Of a DNA stretch of 64,000 bases, positions 1 through 10,583 are shown one piece after another. The stretch spans positions 2,208,001 to 2,272,000 of the forward strand of contig OZ253442.1 in NCBI GenBank assembly GCA_965261085.1. The letters run 5' to 3'. The stretch comes from a bacterium. Lineage in GTDB: Bacteria; UBA8248. A program made the position numbers and the translations under genes. Below the pieces are notes generated by a model. It saw only the letters and a list, made by a program, of their open reading frames with translations. It had not been told where the DNA came from and ran no database searches. The number at the start of each line of letters is the position of its first letter. Positions within the stretch are counted from its first letter, which is position 1.

Positions 1-190
1 CCAGCAAGCGCTTGAACGCGAGGCGCGCCGTCTCGAAGCGCTCGGCCCGTAAATCCTCCTCGCCGATGACAAGCAATTCTCCGGGTGATGCCTGCTGCTT
101 CGGGCGCGAGACGCACCCACTCAGGATGAGGAGCACACAAACCAAGGAGAAAAAAACAGTCATGATGTTGTGTGTAGCGCGATTGAGCAT
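1..190 (-). CDS. bamD: Outer-membrane lipoprotein with TPR-like helix, probably BamD (5' part only; runs off the left edge)
   Basis: Not in the ORF track. Manual translation from ATG at 190: MLNRATHNIMTVFFSLVCVLLILSGCVSRPKQQASPGELLVIGEEDLRAERFETARLAFKRLL. It has an LSGC lipobox followed by a BamD-like first TPR. Confidence 0.55.
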   Translation of the reverse strand, partial: MLNRATHNIMTVFFSLVCVLLILSGCVSRPKQQASPGELLVIGEEDLRAERFETARLAFKRLL

Positions 191-285
191 ATTATTCTCT
201 ATCGAAAAAGGAATATCGCCGTGCAACTTCGGCTCCCCCTGAATCTTAGGAGAGCATCAAAGCAGGTGTCAAGAAACCTTTGATT

Positions 286-2049
286 CTACCGACGAACGAT
301 GAGTTTTTCCCCGGGAAAAATTTTGGCCGAGGCGCTCAGTCGGTTCCAGGCGAGGAGAGATTCTGTTGGAATTCCGTATCGCTTGGCGATGAGCCAGATG
401 TTCTCTCCCGGGCCGACGAGGTGGTGTAACGGCCTATCTTGGTTTTTTTTCTCGTTCTTCTCCAATTTTGCCACTTTTGTGAGGCGCTTTGGAGAGGGGA
501 GGCGAATTTGTATGCCGATGCGTAAGCGCTTCGGGTTGAGTCCAGTATTGAGACGTATCAATTCATGGGAAGAGATGCCGTATTTTTGTGCGATCAGCCA
601 AAAGTTTTCATCTTGTCGCACGATATGCGACTTTAGCATGGGGGCTGTCCCGTTTGCCGATGCGGGATTTCGGATAGCCGTATTCGGGCTTTTTATCGCT
701 TTAGGCAAAAGGATTTTGGTGCCCACTCGAAGTTTTCGGGGATGGAGATGGGTGTTCATCTCCATCACTCTCTCCAGGCGAATCCCGAATCTTTGCGCGA
801 TCTCGCCGAAAGTGTCGCCCGGCCGTATATGGTAATAGCCGGGGGATGAGAGATAATTCTTGGTTAGTTTCGCCATTTGCATGACGACCTTGTCGGCCTG
901 TCCATTCGGCAGAAAAAGAAGATATCCATTGCCCGGGGGCGTGACGGAAGTCTTCAACTCCGCATTAATTTGCCTCAACGTGCGCAGAGAGACGCTCGAT
1001 AGTCTGGAAATCGCTCTCAGGCTGGTTCCGTGAGGAAGTTTGACGGCTTTATAATTCCAGGGAGTTTCATAATCGATGCCCACGAAGCCGAAAACTTCCG
1101 GGTTTTTGGCGATTATCATACCGGCGAGGTATTTGGCGACATAATTGCGGGTTTCGTTGGGTATGTATCGCGTTCTGGCGAGTGACCAGTAATCTTTTTT
1201 CTTCGATCTGCGCATGGCCATGGCGATGCGGTGCTCGCCGGCGTTGTATGCGGCGAGCGCCAGATGCCAGTTGCCGAAATCCTCGTAGAGTTTCGATAAA
1301 TAGGCTGAAGCCGCACGGGTGGATTTCATCGGGTGGCGGCGCTCATCGAGATAAAAGTTGATTTTCAGGCCCATGAGTCTCGCTGTGCCCGGCATGAACT
1401 GCCAGGGACCAACCGCGCCTGCTATCGAGCGCGCCTTGGGGTTGAAGCCGCTCTCGATCAGGGAGAGATACGCTAGGTCCTGTGGCAGGCCGTGCTCTTT
1501 TAAAATTTTGCGGAACAAGGTGATATAGCGCTCGCCTCTGCTCAGCCAGATGGAAAAATTAGTGCGTCCGGGGCCCGTAAAATACTCGATCCATCTGTCC
1601 ACGATGGCGTTGCGAACGACGGGCACGTCATACAAAAAAGCTTTGGGCTTCTTGGTTTCCGGTGTCGGTGGAGCCGGGAAGGTTTCTTCGACCTCAGGCA
1701 CCGGCAGGCTGATGTCGTGGGGAGAAGGCTCAGAGTCTTTGTCCGCCTTCTCATTTTTTGCTTCTGCGGGGTCTGTCCGCTTGGCGACTTTATCCGCGCC
1801 CTTGTCCCTTGGCTGTATGGACGCCGGGGCGCCCGGCGATTCTTTCCGGCCGGCTTCGAGTTGTTCGGGCAGTGTGCGTTTTGAAGCCGGGGAAGGGAGG
1901 AAAACTGTTTTTCGGGGGGTGGTGCGCGTGCGCGTCTCGATGGAGGCGTCGCCCGGGAGTTTCTTCGGCTGCATTTCATTTTCAGCGACAGGCGCTGCGC
2001 TGCAGCCTGCCGCGAACAAGCAGATGAGGAGAATCCATCTTCGTTTCAT
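286..2049 (-). CDS. mltD: Membrane-bound lytic murein transglycosylase D (SLT domain plus multiple LysM)
   Basis: Lipobox FAAGC; SLT motifs IESGF, GPWQFM, AAYNAG, ETRNYV; C-terminal LysM repeats (e.g. HIRPGDTFGEIA, HLVGPGENIWLIA). Confidence 0.9.
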   Translation of the reverse strand: MKRRWILLICLFAAGCSAAPVAENEMQPKKLPGDASIETRTRTTPRKTVFLPSPASKRTLPEQLEAGRKESPGAPASIQPRDKGADKVAKRTDPAEAKNEKADKDSEPSPHDISLPVPEVEETFPAPPTPETKKPKAFLYDVPVVRNAIVDRWIEYFTGPGRTNFSIWLSRGERYITLFRKILKEHGLPQDLAYLSLIESGFNPKARSIAGAVGPWQFMPGTARLMGLKINFYLDERRHPMKSTRAASAYLSKLYEDFGNWHLALAAYNAGEHRIAMAMRRSKKKDYWSLARTRYIPNETRNYVAKYLAGMIIAKNPEVFGFVGIDYETPWNYKAVKLPHGTSLRAISRLSSVSLRTLRQINAELKTSVTPPGNGYLLFLPNGQADKVVMQMAKLTKNYLSSPGYYHIRPGDTFGEIAQRFGIRLERVMEMNTHLHPRKLRVGTKILLPKAIKSPNTAIRNPASANGTAPMLKSHIVRQDENFWLIAQKYGISSHELIRLNTGLNPKRLRIGIQIRLPSPKRLTKVAKLEKNEKKNQDRPLHHLVGPGENIWLIAKRYGIPTESLLAWNRLSASAKIFPGEKLIVRR

Positions 2050-2145
2050 AATCAAAATAATTTCTTCCCGATTTCATGAAAGCAAAGAAACAGCGGTGAA
2101 ACACTCATAAAGGATAGCAATCAGTGATGTAATTGGTCAAATAAG

Positions 2146-3600
2146 TTATGCGCGGTGCTCCGAAGTGCGGGAATCTCGAAAAAGAGAGAGCTGGTAATCG
2201 TTCTGTTCGATGGAAATCGGATAGTTTCCCGAAAAACAAGCCGTGCAAAATGTCTCTTCATCCGGGTGGGTGCAACTGAGCAGGCCCTCCAGGGATAAGT
2301 AGCGAAGACTGTCCGCGCCCAGGAATTGCCTGATTTCCTCGACGCTGTTCGAAGAGGCCTTGAGTTCCGCGAGGGTGGGCATATCGATGCCGAAAAAGCA
2401 CGGGTGGGTGATGGGAGGAGAACTGATGCGCATGTGCACTTCTTTTGCGCCCGCCCGCCGTATGAGCTCAACGATCTTCTTGCTCGTCGTGCCCCTGACG
2501 AGGGAGTCATCGACGACGACGACCCGTTTGTCCGCCAGAAACTCTTTCATGGGGTTCAATTTCAGTTTGACGCCGAAATGCCGAATGGACTGTTCCGGTT
2601 CGATGAACGTGCGGCCCACGTAGTGGTTGCGTATCAGGCCCCACTCCAGAGGCAGGCCCGAGGCGTCGGCGTAACCGAGCGCGGCTGCGAGGCCCGAGTC
2701 CGGAACGGGGGTGACGATATCCGCTTCGAGGCCGAGGCTGTCTTCCTCGGCGAGACGGGCCCCCAGTTTTTTTCTGACGGCGTAGGCATTTTTCCCGAAA
2801 ATGAGGCTGTCCGGACGGGCGAAATAGATGAATTCAAAAATACATTGACGGAGATCGGCAGGCGGAGAAAAGGTGATGCTTCTTAATCCGTCCTTGTCGA
2901 TGACGATCATCTCGCCGGGTTCCACTTCGCGGATATATTCGGCGTCAATCAGATCGAGCGCGCACGTCTCGCTCGTGAGAACCCAGGAATCGCCCCCGGC
3001 TTGTTCAGCGGGGAGTTTGCCCAAAACCAGCGGGCGAAAGCCAAGGGGGTCCCGAATCCCAATCAGCATATCTTCGGTCATCATCGTGAGCGTGTAGGCG
3101 CCCTCTAACAGCCGGATGGCTTCTACAATGGCGCCCACGGTGGTTTTTTCCGCAGAGCGGGCGATGAGGTGCAGGATGACCTCGCTGTCCGTCGTGCTGC
3201 GGAATATGGAGCCGTTGGCTTCGAGTTCCGCACGCAAGGCGCCGCCGTTGACGAGGTTTCCGTTGTGGCCCAGGGCGAGCGTTCCCTTGGCGTAGTTCAC
3301 CAGAAACGGCTGGGCGTTTTTGATGTCGGATTGCCCCGAAGTGGAATAGCGGTTGTGCCCGATGGCGATGCTGCCCTGGAGTTTGGCGATGCGCTCTTCC
3401 GTAAAAACATCGGCTACGAGCCCCATGCCGACCTCGCTGTGCACCCTGTCCCCATCGGAGGCCACGATGCCCGCGCTTTCCTGTCCTCTGTGCTGCAGGG
3501 AGTAGAGACCGAGATACGCCAAGTTGGCCGCCTCGGGATGGCCGTATATCCCGAAGACGCCGCATTCTTCTTTCGGGTGGTCATCTATCCAGTGAGACAT
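2146..3600 (-). CDS. purF: Amidophosphoribosyltransferase
   Basis: EECGVFG N-terminus, LQHRGQES, VVVDDSLVRGTTS PRPP motif, Fe-S cysteines (CTACF). Confidence 0.98.
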   Translation of the reverse strand: MSHWIDDHPKEECGVFGIYGHPEAANLAYLGLYSLQHRGQESAGIVASDGDRVHSEVGMGLVADVFTEERIAKLQGSIAIGHNRYSTSGQSDIKNAQPFLVNYAKGTLALGHNGNLVNGGALRAELEANGSIFRSTTDSEVILHLIARSAEKTTVGAIVEAIRLLEGAYTLTMMTEDMLIGIRDPLGFRPLVLGKLPAEQAGGDSWVLTSETCALDLIDAEYIREVEPGEMIVIDKDGLRSITFSPPADLRQCIFEFIYFARPDSLIFGKNAYAVRKKLGARLAEEDSLGLEADIVTPVPDSGLAAALGYADASGLPLEWGLIRNHYVGRTFIEPEQSIRHFGVKLKLNPMKEFLADKRVVVVDDSLVRGTTSKKIVELIRRAGAKEVHMRISSPPITHPCFFGIDMPTLAELKASSNSVEEIRQFLGADSLRYLSLEGLLSCTHPDEETFCTACFSGNYPISIEQNDYQLSLFRDSRTSEHRA

Positions 3601-3601
3601 A

Positions 3602-5839
3602 TCACAACACCTCGGAGAGAGCGCCCGACCATGCCGCCACGATTTCGGGCATGGTCAGGTCAATAAGGGGAGCATTATCGCGTGTTTTGACGACGAAAGC
3701 ACCCTCCTGAACGCGACCGATGCGCGTTAGCTGCGCTCCGCAGCTTTGCACGGCCTCACGCAGGGCACTCTCCGCCTGGGGAGAGAGGCTCACCAGGATA
3801 CGCGATGCCGCCTCTCCATATAGCAAGCCGTCGAGCCTGCCCTCCTGTTCGGGAAGCCACACTTCGGCCCCGAGGCTGCTTTTCGGCGATGCGAGCGCGG
3901 ATTCCGCCAATGCGAGTCCCAAACCGCCTTCGGAAAGATCGTGGGCGGAGCGCACCAGGCCCGTTTCAATGCCGCGCCTGCACGCTGTCTGGACGGCTTT
4001 CTCAGCATCCAGCGATATCGCCGGGGCGTCGCCTCCCTCCTGGCCCGTTTCCAGCCAGATGTATTCATGGGCGCATGCTTGCGGCAATGGCGCTTCGTCT
4101 ATGGGGTGAATCAGGGCGATGGCGTCACCCTCAGTGGCGAACCCATGGCCCGCTCTTTTGTGGGTGTCATCGAGCAGGCCCACCATGCCGATTATCGGGG
4201 TGGGATAGATATCGACCTGATGCGTTTCGTTGTAAAAGCTCACGTTCCCGCTCACCACAGGCAAACCCAGAGAACGGCACGCTTGCGCCATGCCCTCAAT
4301 CGACAGAGAGAATTGGGCCATGACGGCGGGACGCTCGGGATTGCCGAAGTTAAGGCAGTTTGTGATCGCGAGGGGCCTAGCCCCTACGCAGCAGATGTTT
4401 CGCGCGGCTTCCGCTACGGCGAGCATTCCCCCCTTGTAGGGATCGAGCATGCCGTATCGTGCGTTTCCATCCGTAGTGAGGGCCAGCGCCTTGTTCATTC
4501 CCTTTAGACGAATGATGGCGGCGTCTCCGCCCGGAGAGGTCACCGTATTCGTGCGAACCTTGTAGTCATACTGACGCCATATCGGTTTTTTGTCCCCGTG
4601 GTTGGGATGGGCGAGCATCTTGAGCAGGGCGGGTCCCAGGTCTTTAGGCTCTGGCAGTTTGTGTAGCGGATCGTCCAGTGGGAGTCTGCGTTCGGGGTTT
4701 CTGGGGCGATCATAGGTCGGCGCATCATCCGTCAGCGATGATACGGGGAGGTCCGCGACTTCATCCCCTCCGAACATCATACGAAGCCTGCCGTCCCCGG
4801 TCACTTCCCCCACGACGGACATGGGCAAATCCCACCGCTCGAATATCTCTTGCACCTCGGGTTCTCTGCCTTTTTCCGCTACCAACAACATCCTTTCCTG
4901 GCTTTCCGAGAGCATCATCTCATAGGGCGACATCGCCTCTTCTCGGCAAGGAACCGCATCTAGGTGCAGGAGGAGGCCCGTGCCGGCCCGGCCAGCCATT
5001 TCAACCGAAGAGGATGTGAGGCCGGCGGCGCCCATATCCTGAATGCCGATCACGGCGCCGCGCTTCATCAACTCCAGGCACGCCTCGAGCAGCAGTTTTT
5101 CCCGGAACGGATCCCCCACCTGAACGGTGGGTCTTTTTTCGAGGGTGGAATCATCGAATCCTGCCGACGCCATGGACGCGCCATGAATACCGTCTCGCCC
5201 GGTGGGCGCGCCGACATAGATTACCGGATTCCCGACGCCCGAAGCCGTGCCCCGGAATATGGCGTCCGAGCGCATGATGCCCACGCACATGACGTTCACC
5301 AGAATGTTCCCGTTGTAGCAGGGATGAAATTTCGTTTCCCCGCCCACCGTGGGAACGCCGATGCAATTTCCATAACCCGCGATGCCGCCTACGACGCCGC
5401 TGACGAGGTAGGGTGTGCGGGGATGCTCCGGCGCCCCGAAACGCAGGCTGTCGAGTAGCGCGATGGGCCGCGCGCCCATCGTAAAAATGTCTCGCAAAAT
5501 GCCGCCTACGCCGGTAGCCGCGCCCTGGTAGGGTTCGATGTAAGAGGGATGATTGTGGCTTTCCATCTTGAACGCCACGGCCATGCCTTGGCCCAAGTCG
5601 ACGACGCCGGCGTTTTCTCCAGGTCCTTGCAGGACATGCGGGCCTTGTGTGGGAAATTTTTTCAGGTGAATGCGGCTGCTTTTATATGAGCAATGTTCAT
5701 TCCACATGGCGGAGAATACGCCGAGTTCGGTGACGTTGGGCTTGCGCCCCAGGGTTTCGGTTATTTTCTCCCATTCGGCTGAGGAGAGACCGTGGTCGAG
5801 GGCCATCTCCGGCGTGGCGAGAACGTCTGTCGTGATCAT
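3602..5839 (-). CDS. purL: Phosphoribosylformylglycinamidine synthase subunit PurL (small form)
   Basis: [38 protein letters not shown]. Start moved to ATG 5839, which overlaps the purQ stop. Confidence 0.97.
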   Translation of the reverse strand: MITTDVLATPEMALDHGLSSAEWEKITETLGRKPNVTELGVFSAMWNEHCSYKSSRIHLKKFPTQGPHVLQGPGENAGVVDLGQGMAVAFKMESHNHPSYIEPYQGAATGVGGILRDIFTMGARPIALLDSLRFGAPEHPRTPYLVSGVVGGIAGYGNCIGVPTVGGETKFHPCYNGNILVNVMCVGIMRSDAIFRGTASGVGNPVIYVGAPTGRDGIHGASMASAGFDDSTLEKRPTVQVGDPFREKLLLEACLELMKRGAVIGIQDMGAAGLTSSSVEMAGRAGTGLLLHLDAVPCREEAMSPYEMMLSESQERMLLVAEKGREPEVQEIFERWDLPMSVVGEVTGDGRLRMMFGGDEVADLPVSSLTDDAPTYDRPRNPERRLPLDDPLHKLPEPKDLGPALLKMLAHPNHGDKKPIWRQYDYKVRTNTVTSPGGDAAIIRLKGMNKALALTTDGNARYGMLDPYKGGMLAVAEAARNICCVGARPLAITNCLNFGNPERPAVMAQFSLSIEGMAQACRSLGLPVVSGNVSFYNETHQVDIYPTPIIGMVGLLDDTHKRAGHGFATEGDAIALIHPIDEAPLPQACAHEYIWLETGQEGGDAPAISLDAEKAVQTACRRGIETGLVRSAHDLSEGGLGLALAESALASPKSSLGAEVWLPEQEGRLDGLLYGEAASRILVSLSPQAESALREAVQSCGAQLTRIGRVQEGAFVVKTRDNAPLIDLTMPEIVAAWSGALSEVL

Positions 5840-6531
5840 GACGAGACCGCGACTTGCATGACGGATTTGAACACCGACAATCCGTCCTCTCCGCCCAACA
5901 GTGGATCGCAACTGCGCTCGGGATGCGGCATGAGGCCCACCACGTTTCTTTGCCGGTTACATATGCCTGCGATGTTTTCGATTGAGCCGTTGGGATTCGC
6001 CTCCGCGTTCGCACGACCCTTGGTGTCGGTGTAGCGAAAAACGATCTGATCGTTATCTTCTAGTTCGGCCAGCGTCCCGGGCTCGCAGAAGTAGTTCCCC
6101 TCGCCATGCGCGATGGTCATTTTGAGGATTTCGTCCGGCTGAACTTCGCAGGTAAAGGGTGTTCTCGACGTTTCGCATTTCAGCCAGACATCGTCGCAAA
6201 CGAAGCGAAGCGACTCGTTTCGCCTCAAGGCCCCGGGCAGGAGGCCCGATTCGGTCAGGCACTGAAAGCCGTTGCATATGCCGATGAGGGGACGTCCCTC
6301 CTTGGCGTGCGCGGAAACGGCTTTCATGATGGGAGAGAAGCGGGATATGGCGCCGGCTCTCAGGTAATCCCCATAGCTGAAGCCTCCGGGGAGTATGACC
6401 ACCTCCGCGTCGCCCAAAGAGGTTTCCTTGTGCCACACGAACCGCACCGGTTGCTTGAGGACATCCTTGATGGCGTGGTAGCAGTCATGATCGCAATTGG
6501 AGCCTGGGAAGACGATGACGGCGAATTGCAT
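5836..6531 (-). CDS. purQ: FGAM synthase glutaminase subunit
   Basis: [31 protein letters not shown]. Start at ATG 6531. Confidence 0.97.
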   Translation of the reverse strand: MQFAVIVFPGSNCDHDCYHAIKDVLKQPVRFVWHKETSLGDAEVVILPGGFSYGDYLRAGAISRFSPIMKAVSAHAKEGRPLIGICNGFQCLTESGLLPGALRRNESLRFVCDDVWLKCETSRTPFTCEVQPDEILKMTIAHGEGNYFCEPGTLAELEDNDQIVFRYTDTKGRANAEANPNGSIENIAGICNRQRNVVGLMPHPERSCDPLLGGEDGLSVFKSVMQVAVSS

Positions 6532-6794
6532 TACCGGCTCTCGCCATTCATGGATTCGCCCGCCATTTCGATGCGGTAATCTTCGATGACGGGGTTGGCG
6601 AGCAGGTCCTGGCACATTCTTTCGAGGTCGGCGTGGATGTCGTCCGCATCTTCGAGTTCGAGTTCGATGAATTTTCCCACGCGCACGTCGTTCACGCCCT
6701 TGAATCCGAGAGAGGAGAGCGCTCCTCGAACGGCTTCCCCCTGGGGGTCGAGCACGCCGGCTTTGAATGTCACATAAACCAGGGCTTTCGGCAT
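6531..6794 (-). CDS. purS: FGAM synthase subunit PurS
   Basis: VLDPQG, VRVGK, LLANPVIE motifs; position between purC and purQ. Confidence 0.96.
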   Translation of the reverse strand: MPKALVYVTFKAGVLDPQGEAVRGALSSLGFKGVNDVRVGKFIELELEDADDIHADLERMCQDLLANPVIEDYRIEMAGESMNGESR

Positions 6795-6813
6795 CACTAC
6801 CTCCGGGCGCGGG

Positions 6814-7527
6814 TTATTTTTTGACGAGCTTTTCGACTTCGGCGTATGCGTCTTCCACGTTGCCCAAATCTCTGCGGAAGCGGTCCTTATCCAGTTTGCG
6901 GCCCGTTCCTTTCTCCCAGAAACGGCAGCCGTCCGGCGTGATTTCATCGCCCAGCAAAAGCTTGCCGCCCTCGGCCTCGCAGCGCCCGAACTCGAGCTTG
7001 AAGTCCACGAGGTCTATGTTGCGCTCGGAGAAAAACGAGGTGAGGATGTCGTTCACCTGAAAGGCGTATTCGCGCATCTGGGCGAGTTCTTCGCGCGTCG
7101 CCAGGCCAAAGGCCACGGCGGTGTCCTCGTTGATGAGCGGGTCATCGAGTCCATCGTTTTTCAGGTGCAGGTCGACAATCGTGTTGGGAAGGCGCGCGCC
7201 TTCCTCCACACCCATTCTTTTGGCCAGATTCCCCGCGATGATGTTTCTGAGCACCACTTCGACCAGAATGATGTCAAGTTTTTTTACCAGCATCTCGCGT
7301 TCGGAGAGTTTTTCCACGAAATGCGTGGGCACTTCCTGGCGCTCTACCTCTTGCAACAGATGAGAGGAGATAGAGTTGTTGAAAATGCCTTTGGATTCGA
7401 TGGTGCCCAGTTTTTTCGCGTTAAAAGCGGATGCATCATCTTTGAAGAACTGGATATAGTAGTCGGGGTCGTTCGTCTCGTAGATGATCTTGGCCTTGCC
7501 TTCGTAAACCTGTTTACCGCGTTCCAT
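6814..7527 (-). CDS. purC: SAICAR synthase
   Basis: YEGKAK, LVDFKLEFG, DEITPDGCRFW, LDKDRFR. Confidence 0.97.
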   Translation of the reverse strand: MERGKQVYEGKAKIIYETNDPDYYIQFFKDDASAFNAKKLGTIESKGIFNNSISSHLLQEVERQEVPTHFVEKLSEREMLVKKLDIILVEVVLRNIIAGNLAKRMGVEEGARLPNTIVDLHLKNDGLDDPLINEDTAVAFGLATREELAQMREYAFQVNDILTSFFSERNIDLVDFKLEFGRCEAEGGKLLLGDEITPDGCRFWEKGTGRKLDKDRFRRDLGNVEDAYAEVEKLVKK

Positions 7528-7681
7528 GAACAATTCTCCATTCGAGGATCGCCAAATTCGAACCTTCGTCTTAGGGGTTATTCCATCATTTGAGCGGGTT
7601 GGAAAATTGACCATTCCTGATGGTCAGAAGCCGCTATCTTAACATACACAAACCCATTTTTGTCACCTTGTGTTTTGGGTT

Positions 7682-8989
7682 TCATCCGTCATGAATACCG
7701 AATACCCGTTCGAAAATCCGGTCCAGATTTTTCAGGTGGGCGTCCATGTCGAAGCAGTGGGCGAGTTCGGCCTCGCCCAGCACGCCGCCCACTTGCGGAT
7801 CCGCTGCCAGTTTGGCCTGAAAATCACCACCCTCGGCCCATACTTCCATGGCCGGGGCCTGCACGCGCGCGTAGGCTTCCTCACGGGTAATGCCCGTTTT
7901 GCGGATCAGGGCGAGCATGACGTGCTCACTGAGGAGCAATCCCTTTGAGCGCGCGAGGTTTTCCTGCATTTTATCGGGATAGGTCATCCAGTTTTTCATT
8001 AAATCGTTGAGTTTCGTGAGCATATAATCCACGAGAATCGTGCTGTCCGGCAGTATCACTCGCTCCACGGATGAGTGGGAGATGTCGCGTTCATGCCACA
8101 AGGGGACATTTTGCAGGGCCGCGGTGGCGTTTCCCTGCACCACGCGGGCGAGACCGCAGAGCTGTTCCGAGACCACGGGGTTTCTCTTGTGGGGCATGGC
8201 GGAACTGCCCTTCTGCCCCTTGCTGAAGAATTCTTCCGCTTCGCCCACCTCATTTCTTTGCAGGTGGCGCACCTCCGTCGCCACCCGGGAGATGCTCGCC
8301 GCCACGAGGGCGAGAGCAAGTTGATACTCCGCATGGCGGTCGCGCTGGATGATCTGGCTGCTTACGCGGTCAACCTTGAGACCGAGGCGCTTGCAGATGG
8401 CCTCCTCGGCATCTGGCGGGATGTGAGGACACGCGCCCACGGCGCCTGATATCTGGCCGACGCGGATGGCTTCCCGCGCACCTTGCATTCGCTCATGCGC
8501 GCGTTCGAACTCGGTGTACCAGGTGGCTATTTTGAGGCCCAGAGTAGTTGGCTCGGCGTGCATCCCGTGGGTTCTGCCCGATATGATGGTGCGTTTTTGC
8601 TCCAAAGCACGTTCTTTAAGAGTCTTTTTGAGTTCTTGAATGTCATTGAGAATGATATCGGCTGCGGATATGAGCTGAAGTGCTAGCCCGGTATCGAGGA
8701 CGTCGCTGCTCGTCATGCCGAGGTGGATGTAACGCGATGACGGTCCTACGTGCTCCGCCACGTTGGTGAGAAACGCGATGACGTCGTGTTTGGTGACGCG
8801 CTCGATCTCCTTGATGCGCTCCGGGTCGAACGCCGCTTTCGATTTAATGTCCTCAAGCGCCTCTTCTGGAATTTCACCGCGCGCGGTCATTTCCTCGCAA
8901 ACGGCTATCTCCACGTCGAGCATGCGCTGAAGTTTTTCCCGTTCTTCCCATATTTTCGCCATTTCAGGGCGTGTGTATCTCGGAATCAA
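7682..8989 (-). CDS. purB: Adenylosuccinate lyase
   Basis: MIPRY start, HDVIAF, GSSAMPHKRNP signature, WHERDISHSS. Confidence 0.98.
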   Translation of the reverse strand: MIPRYTRPEMAKIWEEREKLQRMLDVEIAVCEEMTARGEIPEEALEDIKSKAAFDPERIKEIERVTKHDVIAFLTNVAEHVGPSSRYIHLGMTSSDVLDTGLALQLISAADIILNDIQELKKTLKERALEQKRTIISGRTHGMHAEPTTLGLKIATWYTEFERAHERMQGAREAIRVGQISGAVGACPHIPPDAEEAICKRLGLKVDRVSSQIIQRDRHAEYQLALALVAASISRVATEVRHLQRNEVGEAEEFFSKGQKGSSAMPHKRNPVVSEQLCGLARVVQGNATAALQNVPLWHERDISHSSVERVILPDSTILVDYMLTKLNDLMKNWMTYPDKMQENLARSKGLLLSEHVMLALIRKTGITREEAYARVQAPAMEVWAEGGDFQAKLAADPQVGGVLGEAELAHCFDMDAHLKNLDRIFERVFGIHDG

Positions 8990-9780
8990 GAGGGTTCCTC
9001 CGTTCTACCCCCGCCGCCCAAGAGTGGTGTGGGCTCATCCTGAGTGGCGTTCAAGACGTTACTGCGTCCGTGGCCGTTCAACGCTTTTCGGGCCGTCTCC
9101 AAAAGAAGCTCGTTCTCGTTGTTCTCTTGTGAGATATGCGCGCAGACGAGCCATTCGAAGTCGTCCGTGACGATATTCTCGAGCAATTGCGCCGCATCCT
9201 CGTTGCTGAGGTGCCCGAGTTTACCTCGAATCCTTTGCTTGATCGGCCAGGGGTAGGGGCCGTTGATGAGCATTGCCACGTCGTGGTTGAACTCCAGGAC
9301 GAGTCCTTGAAGCCCCTGGAGCCGCTGGCGCGCTAGGTTCGTAACAAACCCCATGTCGGTGGCGAAGCCGACGCGGCGACCGTCTTCGGCGTTGAATATC
9401 ATCCCGAACGGGTCGGCCGCGTCATGGGGCGTGCTGAAAGGCTCCACCCGTATGCCGCCGAGGTGGAAGGGGAGCCCCACTTCGATTTCCATCCACGCAG
9501 GCGTCTCGCCGATCGTCTCTAGGCTCGCCTTGTATGTGGCTTTGTTCGTCCAAAGGGGAAGATTCCATCTTCTCGCCAAGGTGCCTGCGCTCCTGATGTG
9601 ATCGATATGTTCATGCGTGAGCACGATGGCCATCAGATCCTGCGGGTGCAAGCCATAGGTTTCGAGGCGCTTTGTGATTTGCCGCGCGCTGAGGCCTGCA
9701 TCGACGAGAAACGCCGCGCCGTTTGAGCGAACCAAAGCGGCGTTTCCTCTGCTCCCGCTGCCTAGAACTCCGATTTCCAC
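8986..9780 (-). CDS. Metallo-beta-lactamase-fold hydrolase (YycJ/WalJ-like)
   Basis: LGSGSRGN, THEHIDH, PHDA, YPWPIKQRI, GHLSN, HISQENN. Confidence 0.88.
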   Translation of the reverse strand: MEIGVLGSGSRGNAALVRSNGAAFLVDAGLSARQITKRLETYGLHPQDLMAIVLTHEHIDHIRSAGTLARRWNLPLWTNKATYKASLETIGETPAWMEIEVGLPFHLGGIRVEPFSTPHDAADPFGMIFNAEDGRRVGFATDMGFVTNLARQRLQGLQGLVLEFNHDVAMLINGPYPWPIKQRIRGKLGHLSNEDAAQLLENIVTDDFEWLVCAHISQENNENELLLETARKALNGHGRSNVLNATQDEPTPLLGGGGRTEEPS

Positions 9781-9808
9781 GTCTCGCGTCCCGTCGTTGT
9801 TCTTTCAT

Positions 9809-10414
9809 TCATCGGTTGAAGGCGATATTTTCTTCCTTTGGGTCCCTGGTGAAAGCCTCGTCAATACGGTGGCAAATATAGTGAAGAGCGGCTTCATGGG
9901 CTTCCTGTATGAAACCGGTATCGTTCGAGGGCACTTTCGCCGCAAACTTTGCGGCTTGAGAGGCCAGTCCACCGCCGCTTCCCGTCATCGCAACGCCCAA
10001 GAGACCAAGGGCGTCGGCTCGTTCGAGGGCCGAGACGACGTTTGCGGAATTGCCGCTCGTGCTGAGACCCAGGGCGACGTCTCCCTCTCGCCCGTGCGCC
10101 TGAATTTGCCGCGCGAAGATTTCTTCATACGCGTAGTCGTTCCCGATGGCGGTGAGGGCGCTCGCGTCGCCCGTGAGGCAAATGGCGGGCAGGGGAGCGC
10201 GTTCGGCCAAGAAGCGACCAACGAGTTCGCCTGTGAAATGCATGGCGAGTGCAGCGCTCCCCCCGTTGCCAAACGCGATGATTTTCTTTTTAGATTCCAA
10301 ACATTCGACGATGACATTGCAGATATCGTCTATTTGCCGGGGGTAATCACTCGCCACGAGAGATTCGTATCTCAAGGCGCGTTCGGCCAGAAATTCCTTT
10401 GCCGATGATTCCAA
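9809..10414 (-). CDS. gmhA: SIS-domain sedoheptulose-7-phosphate isomerase (GmhA-like)
   Basis: GNGGSAA, TAIGNDYAY, STSGNS, IQEAH. Start inferred at TTG 10414 after GAGG. Confidence 0.8.
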   Translation of the reverse strand: MESSAKEFLAERALRYESLVASDYPRQIDDICNVIVECLESKKKIIAFGNGGSAALAMHFTGELVGRFLAERAPLPAICLTGDASALTAIGNDYAYEEIFARQIQAHGREGDVALGLSTSGNSANVVSALERADALGLLGVAMTGSGGGLASQAAKFAAKVPSNDTGFIQEAHEAALHYICHRIDEAFTRDPKEENIAFNR

Positions 10415-10478
10415 AGGATACCTCTGAGTCGTGGGGCGGTACGGGCGATGGAGAAGATGAACCTGCTCAATGACTCTC

Positions 10479-10508
10479 AATCTAGCCGATCCATGAGGTG
10501 TATTTCAA
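10479..10508 (-). promoter_or_regulatory. Candidate sigma70 promoter upstream of gmhA
   Basis: TTGAAA-N18-TAGATT on the minus strand. Confidence 0.3.
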
Positions 10509-10583
10509 GGCGCTCCATCGAGTGGAAAGGATGATCGGCGTTTCAGGGGAACACCGGACATGAAAAGCCCGAATGAAAGGATT

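Noticed and set aside
10501-10514. 14-bp exact repeat TATTTCAAGGCGCT at 10501 and 21602
   Set aside because: Only two short copies, each containing a TTGAAA -35-like hexamer on the minus strand; too little to claim a regulator site.
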